From Squalus acanthias (lineage: Eukaryota): a stretch of 64,000 nt of DNA. Each line of letters starts with the position of its first letter. The first letter of the stretch is position 1. Made by a program: the position numbers and the translations under genes. The stretch is taken from the NCBI GenBank assembly GCA_030390025.1, contig CM059431.1, forward strand, positions 113,772,001 through 113,836,000, read 5' to 3'. This document shows positions 22,486 to 36,299 of the stretch, in pieces. The notes under the pieces are model-generated. The model saw nothing but the letters and a program-made list of their open reading frames with translations, had not been told where the DNA came from and ran no database searches.

Positions 22486-25400
22486 TTACTTCATGTTCCT
22501 CTTGTGCACCATGCAGCCCACTGGACCAAAAATTGAGTTAGAAACTTCATAACATAAATTATACATTTATTTCCCTGTTATATTCTCCAATTTATGCTCC
22601 ATAATGAAACATTATGGAACTATTTCACTCACCTTTTGTCTTTCTAATGCAGTATAAGTTTTCTATATGATCCAGTACTTTTCACCTCTTTCCAGATTAA
22701 AAAAAAGACAGGCTATTAGATTTGCCTTTTTGTAATAGCAAATAGAATATCTATACTTTTAACCTTTACCTATTGTTCTTCCCTTCCCTCTATATTTTGG
22801 TCAGTCTTAAAAAATGGCTCTCTTATTTTCTTATATCAATTTTGATTAAGAGTCTTTAATCAAAATTTTACGTGTCTTTTCTTTTTCCAAATGTTGACAG
22901 ACTGTTGTGTATTTCTAGTATTTCCTGTTTTAAACCATATTTAAAATGTCAAGATGACAGAGAGGGAATTTGAACAGAAATTTAGTAATAAATCAAATTA
23001 TATAAATAAATAAAACAATCCTTCTTAACCCGAGTTATCAAAACACTGAGGGAGAAATATATTTCCATGTAGATTGAGTGCAATATTTCCACATTTAATA
23101 CTTGAAGAGATATCACAAAGACAGAAAGTCCATCTTAAAAGCTCCCATTCATGTACAATTCTCATGTGGGCCAATCAAAATCTCTCACACTCTATTCTGA
23201 TCAGGCCACCAATACCAAGATATTCTTCTTCACGAAGAAACTATTGTAAATTTCTACGTGATTTCTGCGTAAGTGCGACCCAGGAAATTCTGGGCCACTG
23301 ATTTGGTTTTAAGTGGCAATCACTCCAATATCCACCTGCAGCGGTTAAATATTTGGAGGGATTTAAGTTTATTGTCCTGGTCCTCAGTATTTGTTATTGA
23401 TATACTGCTGATTTTAGCCAATGCAGTAACACTGTCTTCTCAGTCCGACTAATTCACTCAGAAAATCCATTATCTCAGATTATAGTCATCAGAGTACAAA
23501 ATAAACCCTGCTCTTTAGGTCACATCAAATTTGCAAATGAGATGTGATTTTGAAAGGCCTCAAAGAAATGGCCACTAACATTGTAGGTCGTTTTTGGCGT
23601 TGTTTTCCCCAATGTATTAATTCTCCAAAGAAAAATAAATTTATACTTGAAAGCTTAATTATTAGTTATCGTTTGTAAAACTACCTATCAACAAGCTGTA
23701 TTTGAAACAGAATATCAAAGAATGATTTCTCAACCAAGGATACAGCAAATATGATCATTTTTTAAAAGCTGGAATCCAAAATTACAACTAAGAAGTTATC
23801 ACAGATACATTTCAAAACCTAACTCCTGTATTCTCAGATATACTTGAACTATAAACTGGTTATAGAGTGGCAGTGAAAGGAAATGTATGTGTCTCCTTTC
23901 CCTGCGCTCGTCTGTTTACTGTGTACTCATTGCAACTCTCACACATTTCTAATCCAATCTAATCCCGGAGCTTGTCAAAATGCTTCGAACATTGACAGCA
24001 ATACCATCTGAAATGTAGTTTGAAGGTACACTGGAATGTCAAACCAGTACAGTTACAGATCTAACTTACACTATTCCATCCTGACTACTTTATCCTATCA
24101 AATGTGTCAAAAAACTCAAAAATAAAAGGTTCAGGCGGCCCAATAACTATAACACTAGAGCATTGGACTCTCAGCTAAGGGACCAGATTCTAATCTGTCT
24201 CATTTTACATGTTCACTCATGGTCTCCCTTTGGTGCAAGTTTACAAGGTCTATCCAGGTCATCTGGGGAGAAAGTGGAAATTGGCTGGGAAGGGATTCTT
24301 TCCGATGTCGCTCAAGTTTGCCCCCTGCTAGGTCAGAGAAGGAGCACTGTCAGTGTCTTGCAAAAAGGGAGACAGAATTGGCCTCTACTAACTCTTTCTT
24401 CAAAGGCAACTATGCCCAGTTATTTGGTCTCCTTGCTAAGCCAATTAAATAGGAATTGAGGCAGCTGGCTCTGGTGACAGATTGTATATTGGGAAAGTGT
24501 CTCTGTCTTGTCCCAATTTATTTTGTAACCTGAAAGCTTGCTGGAGGTGTCTATCTGTATTAGATGAGGAATTGGTTCCTTCAGGTTTATTTATTAGAGG
24601 GGCAACATTGTCAGCAAACATTGCAATTTTACGATGCCTGTCCCAAGTACTTCCCCCTTAGATGACAGAGGTAATTGGCATCACCAGCAGTTCCATGCCA
24701 GCAGAAAGAAGATTTAGGATATTGGACAACCTTGCAAAATCCCTCTGGCTACCTGGATAGAACAGGGAGCAGTCTGCTCATTAGTATGCAGGTCTGCAGT
24801 TTATGATAGAGTGTTTAGACTTGACATGGGAACAATGGTCTGAATCCCATCCTTCCACTGTGACATGCAGAAATCAACTCTATATTCATTTCCAGAAGTA
24901 CATTTTGTTTGCAACTTTCCACAATAGACAGGGCTGTAATAACATTATCCAATGTATTTCTGACTTTCAGAAAACCCACCTGGTTTCTATGGAATAGCTT
25001 GGGAAATACTTACTCTGACTATTTTGCCAGCCTTGTACATCTTGCACACCACATTTCCAAGAAGGTGGACCTTTACCTGGTACATAACAGCAGGTCCTAC
25101 CCATTCTTATGGTTAGACAATTATTCCCCAGAGACAACTATAGTGGGTATATGCTTTACCCATAGGATATTGTAATGGTTGGAGGAATTTCTAAACGTTA
25201 GAGAGTACAAAGATGAGGATAAGATTTATTTTATCCAATAACTTGTATGTAAACCAAGCCTCTTTGAAATCTTTCAGTATCAGTCAGGCTGATTGAGAGC
25301 AAACTAAAGGCAGAACTTTGTTAAAGGATTGTCTAGTTCTGGGTATCCCAATTGCTATGTATCTACACACTCTCTCACACTCCTTCTTAGGTCATTAGAC

Positions 25401-28129
25401 ACATGTCTGGAGGAAAGTCATCCTAGATATGCAAACTTTTGACACATTTTTGCCAATCTATTGATTCACACACACTCCAGGTGGACATTTTAAAATTACT
25501 TTTAACTTGCACAGGCATGATGGGCCGAATGGCCTCCTTCTGTGCTGTATCAATCTATGATTCTACTACTGCTGCCCAATGTACATCAAAAAAAATCTAT
25601 CCACCATGATTCACGTTTATATCCTGGGGATCTCATTACAGACCTATTCACTTTGAAGATTTGCTTCAGTTTAAATTAAAATTTTTGTATTGACAGTGTA
25701 CAACATTGTTGCTAACTCCATCTCCTTTTGTCACCTCCTTCCTTCCTCTCCCAGATGAGCTCCTAAAATAAAACACAGCTCTGGCAAAACAACCAAAATG
25801 AGCAGAAGATTATCCAACTCCATCTTCTCTCCCCCTCGCCTGGGTTCAGAAGGGGCTGCTGAACCTATCTGTCCTGCATATGTTATTCAACCCTCTGTAT
25901 CAGACCTTTCTGTGGAATTAGTACCTCAACTATTGGTGTAGTCTATGAGGCAGAACATCAGGGTCACAAAGAGCCCCTACTGCCATTGTTAATAGGCGTT
26001 CCATATGAGAATGAAGGTAGCATACAATGGTTTCCTGAAAAATATATTGATATTTTTATAAAGATAGAACCAGAGGCAAAAAGCTCTACTGTATGTTATT
26101 GGCATATGCCTTGCCTTCTTTCCCAAATGACTCCCCAGTGGATTTAGATCTGTCTAGACCCATCTTTTATAGCTGCCATTGTCTTGCCTTTGCCTGAATT
26201 TCCTTTCCACGTTGAATATTCCTGTTCAGGTAGTTACAGGACACTGTTCACTCCTCATTAGTTTTCTAAATCTGTCAAGTATTGGATAGCATACTCAACA
26301 AGATCAGACACTCCTTCTTATCAGTGTAGTTTGAGTGAGAAACGTATGTTAAGCCAAATTCTCACTCCCAAAAAAATGAATGGGCATTTGAAGGCTGTCT
26401 CTAATAATCTACTATCTCAATTTAGAAGTTTAATACTTAATAGAAAAGTTATTTTCAGTTATCATATTTACTGAGGTAATTGAAATTTTGTTCAAGGTTT
26501 TCTATCCTCAAGGTGAGAAGGTGCTTGTGTTCTACAATACAACAAAGTTACACCAAGCGAGAAGCTTCTCTTCCTACAGTGATCCTATACTCTGACGCCA
26601 TTTCAAGTCTTCCATTAACTTTCATTTCTCGTGGTCCTATGGACTTGCAAATGCCTGAAATGTTGTGGAATTCCACTCACAAAGTTGTTATGGTTCTGCA
26701 GGGATGTTCCAATGGAAGTTAAATTGCATTTTGGATAAAAACATTGAGAATTTTAGAGCTCAGCCTGGGTCCATGGTCACACTTTACGTAAAAATCAGGA
26801 CACATAACTATTGTTAAGTGAGCTTCAGGACAAAGATATCAAGTCATACACTATGTTGTTTAAACAAATGTCTGAGCTATCAGCTTGCTCTTCTTTTTCC
26901 TACAGCAATTCCCAAGACTTCATTTTGATCTCAGCTGAAAACACATTTACAAATGTCTAAGATTTTGATCCTGGTTGCCTTAGAGAGACCAAGAAAATGC
27001 ATAACTGAGAGCGTGCGCTGGGTGACAAAAGACAGCTGAAGTCTTTGCAGGAGCTGTCAGAAAATCCTCCTGCGATTTGGAAAGGTTTTATGTAAGAAGA
27101 ACCCTCTATTGAGAATGCATAGAGTGTACCATTGCTTTCCAACTTGATTGCATCATTAATTTTATCACAACACTATCATTTTATTTACAGAACATTTCTT
27201 TTGGTGAAGTGAAGTTTTGTTATAATGTTAAATACCTTTTGATATAAGAAGATTTTGGTCTCTTCTGAAACAGAAGAGTTTTATTTAGCTATAATTGCAC
27301 AATATTTTCTGAAGTTTGTGAATTCAAGAAAATAATAATTAAAGATTTATCAAATGTATTTTTCCCCAGATTCTTCATACAATTTTTAAACTCGCTGAAT
27401 GATTCCACTGTATATTGCAAATTTTGGAAATAAATTTATGTATTTGGAGCACGAGATTTAAACAAAATTACTGATTCAACATTAACAAAAAAGGTTTTAT
27501 TTATGGGCATTGACTCAACAGCGAAAAAAAAAAAGTGTTGTGCACAATTTTCTTAACACAGAAGCATATGGGATACGCAATAGCCAATAATACACACATG
27601 CTTTGCTCTTTTTTCTCTCTCTCTCTGCTGTGTGCTGAAAGAAATATGAATCATTCATGTCCTCCCAGCTGAAAGAGGCTTCAAAGGGGATGATGCTGAT
27701 TGTGAGTCCTGTGTGATTTGCTGTGCTTCACAATCCCCCAGACTCCCAGCGCCAGAGTGAAGAGGAAGCACTTTCATGTGGGCCTCCAAAGCAGTACGTG
27801 TCAGAGTTCACCAGGAGATAATGATGTAGATGTACACTCAGAATTAGCTACAGAGGTACCTGGATAGCGATACTGGGAGATGTGAACTGGTTAGAGCCCC
27901 CGGTGAACACTGGGATTTAATTACAATGAAGTACAGAATTGGCTGCAGGGGATAAGCTATTGTCAGAGAAAGCTTTCCTAATGAGGTCGCTTAGTACCAA
28001 AAGAGTACTGAAACCTATTGCCTATTTTTATTTAGTGTAAAGCTTTGTATAACTTTAGCTGCTAATTTTTTTGAAAAACAGCAATAGTTATGTCAAAGTA
28101 CTGAATGGAGCCAAATGCAAACATAATTT

Positions 28130-29170
28130 GTAGGAGTCAGGGGACAGATCAGAGAATAGATAGCAAGCTGGCTAAAATACAGAAAACAGAGAGAAGGGGT
28201 TAAGGGTAGCTACTGAGACTGGCAAAAGGTGGGAAGTGGTGTTCCACAGGAATCGGTGCGAGGACCACTGTTGTTTACAATTTACATTAACGATTTGGAC
28301 TCAGGAATTGGAAATACAGTTTCAAAATTTGCAGACGACACCAAATTGGCAGAGGTAGTTAACACAAAGGAAGAATGCGACAAAATACAAGAGGACATTA
28401 ATAGACATGCAGAATGGGCGTGCAATTGGCAAATGAATTTCAATATAGGTGTGAGGTAGTGCATTTTGGTAGGATGAATAAAGAGGCCACATACTGCTTG
28501 GATAATAAGTCTAAATGGGGTAGAGGAGTAAAGGGTTCTTGGGGTACAAATTCACAAATCACTAAAAGTAGTGATGCAGGTTAATAAGACTAGGGTTCAT
28601 TTCTAGAGGGATAGAATTGAAAAGCAGAAGTTATGTTAAACTTGTCTTGAACCTTGGTTAGACCACTGTGCACAGTTCTGGTCTCCATATTATAAAAGGG
28701 ATATAGAGGCACGGCAGAAGGTGCAATAAAGATTCACAAGGATGATACCAGAACTGAGATGATATACTTAGCAGGAGAGGCTGAACAAGCCGGGCTTTTT
28801 TCTATAGAAAAGGGAAGGCTGAGGGGTGACCTGGTAGAGGTCTTTAAGATCATGAAATAGTTTGATAGGGTAGACGTAGAGAAAATGTTTCCACTTGCGG
28901 GTGAGACCAGAACTAGGCTATAAATATAAGACAGTCACTAATAAATCCAATAGCGACTTCCAGAAAAACTTCTTTACCCAGAGAGTGGTGAGAATGTGGA
29001 ACTCGCTACCACGAGGAGTGGTTGAGGCGAATAGCAGAGATGCATTTAAGGGGAAGCTAGATAAATACATGAGGGAGAAAGGAAGAGAAGGATATGTCGA
29101 TGGGGTTGATGAAGAGGGGTGGGAGGAGGCTCGTGTGGAGCAGAAACACCTACCTGTTTCTGTGCTGTAA
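28130..29170 (+). mobile_element. CR1 LINE RT/3' fragment, decayed
   Basis: SGVPQ.SV.GPLLF.IYINDLD, KFADDTKL, FFTQRVV.MWNSLP. Confidence 0.92.
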
Positions 29171-29689
29171 AAACTTTGTAAATAAATTGCCTATACATAT
29201 GTAAAGCTTCTGCCCTGCTCTGTCATAATCTGGTGTCCATGGTAGTGTGTGAGTAAGTGACAATGATTGAGGAAATAAATCAGAGGATATGGTAAGTGGT
29301 GTTAGATCTCTAGAACTCTTAAGGTTTTTTCTCAAAAATCATAATTTGCATTTTTACATATCTTCCTGATTCTACACAGTGTGTAAATATACAGCCCATG
29401 CAACAGTTTTTCATTTTACTGTCATACATGAGAACATATAAATGAAGGAATGGGAAGAGACCATTCAGCCTATTCAGGTCTCTGTTTCCAAGTCCCAATT
29501 TTTCGCATTCTCTTATATCCCACTATACAAAGCTCAGGGAAAATACTATACTTCTCATGTGGGGATATGAGCTTTTAAAGACAAATTTGTTTATCAATAG
29601 TTTCTTATTTGGATGATTTATTGAGGTGTAGAAGTTGAGTCTAATGTAAATGTTTCAAAATAATATTTATCCCACTTCTAGGTTAAGCT

Positions 29690-30085
29690 GCTATCCTCAC
29701 CATTTCTCTCCTACTCCCCTGCTCTCCTTAAGGTATCCTTGCTGTGATACAGTTCTACATAAACCTAGTGCCCTGTGGCATCTTGCCTGAGTGGCCATTA
29801 TTCACCTGTGAGCATTCACAGACTATTTGACTGTGGGGTCATCATAGGTCAGATTGCTCCCATCTCACCTGATGCTTTTCAGCAGGGGTTGCTGGATAAT
29901 GAAGAGGAGTTTGAACCCTGGCCAATTTTCCCAGCTTTAACCACGGGCGCTGAGTTGAACAGGTGCTGCTTCCACCTCAGGTCAGTTAACGCACCATAGA
30001 CCAGGGGTAATACAAAAGCACCTCGCTGGTTTCTATAACCTCAGATATTCACTGGATAAACTTGCTGAACTATCGCGGGAGCTGT
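29690..30085 (-). repeat. Probable old SINE-like interspersed repeat
   Basis: Weak tRNA-like head near 30085; loose similarity to 52480-52830. Confidence 0.3.
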
Positions 30086-31544
30086 CCTTGGAACTGTTAA
30101 TATAAATATATTTTAAAATTGTCAGTTCGGGAATGAAAGAAATGAAGTAGGAAATGTAACCCAGTTACTGGCAATGAAGTCGAGGGACTCATGCCAACAC
30201 AGTAAACTTGATTTATTTTCTCATTAAAAAGTCAGAACGCTGGAATCTTGAACTATCTCTGTGACAAGTTATTAAACTATATGGTTGTTGAGGTGTTACT
30301 TGACCATAATTTCTGATTTAGTTCATGTTAATGGAATTTTCAAAAGAACAGACCAAATTTTCAAGAAAGAGGTTAAAAACTGCTTTATATAAAGACATAG
30401 GGAGTATTAAAACTCATTCAATGATTGCAACAGCCCCAACTAAAATAAAATAGATATAGTAATAAAGTAATATATATATATTCTTGTGATAATCTATCTG
30501 ATGTCACACACGTGGTATATTCAAGGGTAAGTTCTGGAATGCAGAATTTATTGAACTAGGAAGTCCTTCAATAAAGTGAGTGCTACAGAATTCAATCACG
30601 GTTGAATTCATGCAGTCATAAGTTATTAACTCCCCATCACCTGTGAGATGAATCTCGTAGTCAACATTTTGTGTGCATAAAGATAGGCAAAGTTAGAACT
30701 AAGAATTAAACACTTTCAATTTTGGACACTTAATCATACATTCCAAGATCAGTTAGAACAATTAAATGTAGAGTAAAGCTCTCCATACTCTGCATCAACA
30801 ATGTGCCTTAGTCCCAACTGCAAAAAACATCCTTTGCCGTACCATTGCGATATTTCTCCATTCTTCACACCAGCTATTCTGCGATATCTGTTGTCAATTT
30901 ATGCTGCATTTATACTTTGGCTATCAATAGCAGACCAAAAGTTGCAGTATATTTTCCAGCTACGCAGGATCCTAATTACACTGGCTCATGCCTGGCTAGC
31001 ATATTAATTCTCCTACCCAGGAGGGAGCTGTGCCCATGTTTAGAACCTATGAGAAGCAGTGTCCATATTCTGTAAGATCCAATGGACCCCTAAGCACCTT
31101 TCAAACCTTGCAGGGTGTTTTAAACCTTGCCGTGTCAAACCCAAGTGGTGTAAGGCTATCTCCTCACAGGAGTCTTATATTGCTACACTCTAGAAGCAGT
31201 ATAAAGCTGCCCTGAATTCAGCACCGATTGCTTTGCAATGCTCCCACTTTTTCATTGTTAAAGTTAATCACCAGAAAATTGGGAACGTAACCAGCTGAGA
31301 TCACTGACATCTGTACCCAATTCTCAAATCCGTGTTCCCGTCAAGCAAGGCTCATACCAGGAGCCACACCTTGCAAGATTTATTCCGAAGTTTAAAGTCA
31401 CCCTTTGTGCCAGTTATTGCTGAATTATTTCCAATTTTGTCGATAAAAGAGTATTTTCAACTTTGGTTCTCCTGGCACATGGGAGCACATATTGGGAAAC
31501 TGCAACCCTAGCCCATTATTTTCCACCCATTAATTCTTTTAAAA

Positions 31545-31775
31545 CAAATAACTTACATTTATATAGCATCTTTCATGTCCTAAAGACATCCCAAAATATG
31601 TCACAGGCAATTAACTGCTTTGGAAGTACAGTCACATGTAGTCAAGCACAGCAGCCAATTTGCACACAGCATAGTTACACATACTGTAATGAGATGTATG
31701 ACAGGTTCGTCTGTTGATGGTGCTGGTTGAGGAGTGAATGTTGACCAGGACTTCCAGAAGAATTCCCTGCTCTTA
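31545..31775 (-). mobile_element. Diverged DeuSINE-type 3' half
   Basis: acttacatttatatagc tail and gcagccaatttgcacacagc. Confidence 0.6.
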
Positions 31776-31779
31776 CCTC

Positions 31780-31912
31780 CTAACTAATTCCCTATCCAAG
31801 CCAATAGCTTGCCTCCAATTCCACGGGCTCTCATTTTTGTTAACAGTCTCTTATGTAGAACCTTGTCAAATGTCTTCTGGATGTCCATACAAATAACACC
31901 CATAGACACTCC
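31780..31912 (-). mobile_element. CR1 RT fragment, downstream half (split by Harbinger)
   Basis: GVSMGVICMDIQKTFDKVLHKRLL..M...GIGG.LL.WI.N. Confidence 0.85.
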
Positions 31913-32442
31913 GGGCTCGATTTTGCCAGGCCCGAGGGGGCGGGATTGGAGGTGTGTGAGGTGGTAAAATCGCAAAAAGAGGTGGGCGGGCCCGATCCCG
32001 CCTCCATCCCGCCTCCGAGCAATTTTCCCACATGCGTGTTTTCTGACCCCGTTTCCATCCCGCCTCCAAGAGGCGGGATAGGCCCTTAAGGTCCTTAACA
32101 ACCACTTAATTGCCTCTATAATCCCATTGTGAGAGGCCTTTCTGATTTTAACACTTTTCCCACGTGCTGCACGTCTCCTCTGGAACACGCCAGTGATACC
32201 TGGCGGCATCACAAGTGGATTGCTTACTAACATCTGCAGCTCCACCATTAAAAAGGAGTTTTCAGCAATCATCATTTGCAGGTGGCAGAACCTTGTTATC
32301 TCAGGTCTGAGGGATCTTTTAGCAGGCCTACTCATTGTGCTGGAAGTTTGGAGCCTGACACCCATCTCCAGTGTGACCTCCTGGGAAACCCCTCTCCCCA
32401 CCTTGAATGAGCGCTTCCTCAACTGAGGTATATACCAGAAGA

Positions 32443-33681
32443 ATGGGAATCATTTATTTCCTTTCCTCCTGGACATCAGATTCGGACGAAGACCAGCCAT
32501 GGCAGCAGCAGAACCCTGAACAACAGCAGCACCAACTGCAGGAGCAACAGCAGGAGCGCCAAGCTGCTGCTCACCCACCTGAAGCTGCACAGGCCAGAAG
32601 GCGCCAACGCATGGAAGCACATCGGCGCAGGAGATACCCCTAAAACAGGGTCTACAGACAGAGGATAAGCTACCTCAACATGACTGAGCAGCAGTGCCAA
32701 AGGAGGCTCAGACTTTCGCGAGAGGTAGTGGGTGACATCTGCGCAATGCTGCAGCAGGAGCTGGAGCCCAGAGGAGTGGGTGGGCACCCCTTACCAGTGG
32801 CCGTCAAAGTCACCACCGCACTCAACTTTTTTGCTTCAGGCTCATTCCAGGGATCAGCAGCAGACATCAGCGGCATCTCCCAGGCGGCCGCACACACTTG
32901 CATCACGCAGGTAACTGATGCCCTCTTTGCCATCGCTCATAATTACATCAATTTCTCCAAGGATCAAGCAAGTGGAACTGCGCGTGCGGTTGCGTTTGAC
33001 AATCTGGCAGGCTTTCCGAGGGTGCAGGGCGTTGTTGACTGCACACATGTGGCCCTTAAGGCACCCCAGCACAATCAAGGTATTTTTGTCAACTGCAAGG
33101 GCTTCCACTCCCTCAACGTACAGCTGGTGTGTGACCACAAGAAGGAAATTTTGCATGTTTGCACCAAGTACCCTGGCAGTTGCCATGACTCCTTCATCCT
33201 GTGGCAGTCTAGTGTGCCTCCGCTCTTCAGTCCGCCAGACCAACTTTTCGGATCGCTACTTGGAGACAAGGGCTATCCCCTGAAGACGTGGCTAATGACG
33301 CCGTTGAGGAGCCCATCCAATGAAGCTGAGGAGCGCTACAACTCCAGCCACATTTCCACCAGATCCATAATCGAACAAACCATCGGCTTGCTGAAGATGC
33401 GCTTTAGATGCCTGGATAGATCAGGTGGAGCCCTGCAGTACTCAGCAGCCAGGGTCTCCAGAATCGTCGTGGTCTGCTGTGCACTTCACAACATGGCACA
33501 GCATCGTGGCTTGCAGATGCCTGAGGAACAAGTGGCTCATCACATAGCCTCCTCAGATGATGAGGAGGAGGAGAGCGACAACAAACAGCTTGCGGAGGCG
33601 CATCAACCAGCGGCAGCAGCATGCAAGCACATTGCTGCCCGGAATGCAAGGCACGCACTCATCTTGGCTAGATTTGCTTAG
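32443..33681 (+). pseudogene. Harbinger (HARBI1-like) DDE transposase with one in-frame stop at 32641-32643; 333-aa downstream ORF 32680-33681 is open
   Basis: [69 protein letters not shown]-rich N-terminus in the same frame. Confidence 0.93.
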
Positions 33682-34020
33682 CCTAGACAATCAAGCACTT
33701 TTGCCTCGCAGCTTCTTACCAGACCATCGACAATGGCCAAGAACCTACGGATTCCTATCACTATGACCACCATACTGACAATTGCAAGTCACACTAAGCT
33801 CTCAATGTGGAAGTCCCATTTGCGAAATGACACACGCCACAACTTCAACTGTTTGACATCAGCATTTTTTATCACAACAAGCAACTGATGGCATTTCAAA
33901 AATAAACACAACATGACACCCAAGTGACTACCCTTGTGATACTTGTGCATTATCTTCCACTTACGCGTGTTCCTACGTGGTGCTTCCCCTGTGGCTTCAG
34001 CAGATGTGGAGGCCCCTTGC

Positions 34021-35889
34021 TCACTTTCTTCCTGCTCCTGCCTCGACACCTTTGGGGTTGCGAGCCTGTGAGGGCTCGGCAACAGTCTGCTGCTCCTGTG
34101 GCTGTGCAGGGGTTGAGACGCTGATCTCAATTGGGTGGGGACTCTGGTGGGGCTCTGACCGAGGGCTTTGCAGTGGCTTGGTCGTGTGAGCGCTTGGAGA
34201 GGAGCCCCCGCTTCCTTGTCGTCTGCCACCAACCTCCCTCTCATGGGTCAGCCCCACTTCAGAGCTAGCAAGTGGCTTGACAGCACCTTGCTGCACTTCA
34301 GGGGGGCCATGAGGACCCGTTTCTGCGCTGGAAGTCCTACTCCAGAGGACTTCCATGAAGGTCTGGTTTCTCTGCTCAATAGCTGACCATCGCTCCTCAA
34401 GAGATGTCAGTCTATTCTGAACAATGACCATGTTTTCACGACCCTGGCAACAAGCTCCTCCATGGCCATAGCTATCCTCTCCTCTACGGTAGCCATCCTT
34501 TCCACGGAGGTTGCCATCCTTTCCGTGGTGATGCGTTCATGCGCCAACGCCTCCACAAAGGCTCTGCTCATGTTAGCGATGGACTCCTCCATTCACTCCA
34601 CACTCGCAGCGACCCTGGAGACAAAACCTGCAAGAGACCCCTGCACCTGTTCCTGGAGTTCCAGCACCGCTCTTCTTGTGGATGGACCCGGAGGTACAGG
34701 GTCGACATGCAGCCGAGCCGAGCTGGCAGAGTCCTGCGCCCTCCGACGAGGACTCTCCACTGCTGTCCCTGTCTCCACCATCTGCTGATGCTCACTTGTG
34801 AGCTGTGATACACCAAGTGACAACACTACACTATCTCGCGCAGTTCCCTCCGAGGTGTGAGTGTCTGCGCTGGTGCTGGGTGCGCTGAATTCTGCTGACG
34901 CTACGCCTTCAAAGGTTGCAGCTTCCTCTGAGGAGTCCTGAAGCTCAGGCTCTTCCTCTTGGACAGTGGGGATGGGGGCTGTCGATGGTCCTGTGGGGGA
35001 GTAAAGGAAAGAGTTGGAGATGTGAGGTAAAGTTTGCATGCACATTGAATTGTACAGATGATCATAAGTCAATCTGTTAGACCTTCAGAATCATTATCAG
35101 TTACTCATACAATGTCAATGAGAGAGATGCAAAACTATTCTGTCACCAGCTTGCTGTGATGCACCCGTCTGTCTGTCCCCCACTTGCACATCCTCCTCCA
35201 CTCCCACAATCTCCAGGGCCGCCTCCTCTGCAATGGTGAGCTGGGCTACTGAGGGTGGCCCTCCTCCTGTCCTCGCCCTCTCCCTCTTATTGTGGGCTCT
35301 CTTTTCCTGCAATGAAGGACACAAGTGGAGTTTGAGTGAAAATGAAGGAGTGAGTGTAGAGATTCCATAGCATAGCTGCTTAGAAGGAGACAAAGATGGA
35401 GTGAGGTGCCAAGACCAAGGGCCCTCCCTGTGTGTTGTAAGTTGTTGTCATAGCATCACAGTGATAGGGAGTGTGAGGGCTGCATAGTCGAATAGTTAAG
35501 TGAATGTGAACATACAGAGAGAGGGAATGGGTAAGGGTGCAGGGATGTCAGTGTCAAGTGGGATGTGGAGGAAGAGGTTGGCAAAGCAGAGTGCTGGTGA
35601 GGAGAGGCGATGGGGATCAGATTGAGGATGATGGGAAAGTCATACTCACTTTTCCTGTGCAGAGAAGGTCATGAAACCTCTTCCTGCACTGCAGCCAGAT
35701 TCTGCGGCACATAGACATTGAGTTGACTTCCTGGGCCACTTGCATCCACACAGCTTTAGTCTGCTGTGGAGGCTTTTTCCTCCCGGAGGAAGGGAAGAGC
35801 ACCTCCTTATTTGATCTTGCTCCCTCCACCAGAGCTTGGAGGGCGGCCTCATCGAACCTTGGCACACACTTTGGCCTACTGCTGGACAT
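34021..35889 (-). pseudogene. Harbinger Myb/SANT-like protein; exons 35889-35650, 35306-35147, 34990-~34021
   Basis: PRFDEAALQALV..W..VA.EVN...R.W.QCRKRFHDL; HNKRERARTGGG; acidic then coiled-coil exon 3 with TGA at 34595-34593 and a frameshift near 34435; canonical GT-AG, phases 0 and 1. Confidence 0.88.
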
Positions 35890-35959
35890 AGTTGCTGAAT
35901 GAAGCGATCACAACAATGGCCATTAAAGTTTGCAGTCTCCAGAAGAAGCAAGGCTGCTT

Positions 35960-35995
35960 GCAGGCCTTAAATCCAGCAGCACTGATGACGTCATC
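35960..35995 (-). promoter_or_regulatory. Putative Myb-gene promoter: CRE palindrome gaTGACGTCAtc plus TTTAA box
   Basis: TGACGTCA at 35986-35993, about 100 bp upstream of the ATG; recurs at 50666-50673. Confidence 0.4.
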
Positions 35996-36171
35996 GGAGG
36001 CAACTTTCAGGATGGCAAGACTCATTGGGCCAGGGGTTCGCACACGCTGGAAATCAAGTGCCCAATTAGGGGAAAATCGCACTTTTTTCCCACTTCACAT
36101 CGGAGTCGGGTTCCTGACACGAAAACCACCTGACACGCCCCCCAGCCTGCCCCAATGGCAAAATCCAGCCC

Positions 36172-36272
36172 TCCCTTATCTACCCCGTTTGATATCTCCT
36201 CAAAAAATTCAACTAGGTTCTTTAGACATGACTTACCCTTTACAAATCCATGCTGGATCTCTCTGATCAGCT
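36172..36272 (-). mobile_element. CR1 RT fragment, upstream half
   Basis: QHGFVKGKSCLKNLVEFFEEIS..VDKG continues in frame into 31909 once the Harbinger and one TSD are removed. Confidence 0.85.
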
Positions 36273-36299
36273 CAAAAAAAGTGACATTGCATCCATCAG

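Larger units (their letters stand above)
31913..36171 (+). mobile_element. Full-length two-gene PIF/Harbinger DNA transposon (4259 bp)
   Basis: TIRs gggctcgattttgcc / ggcaaaatccagccc (14/15), TSD TCC at 31910-31912 and 36172-36174, convergent transposase and Myb genes. Confidence 0.95.

Noticed and set aside
31784..32422. 212-aa ORF
   Set aside because: Chance read-through from the Harbinger subterminal region into a CR1 RT fragment
32680..33681. Domesticated host HARBI1 gene
   Set aside because: Flanked by TIRs and a TSD, paired with a Myb gene and carrying an upstream stop and CpG decay; it is a transposon copy
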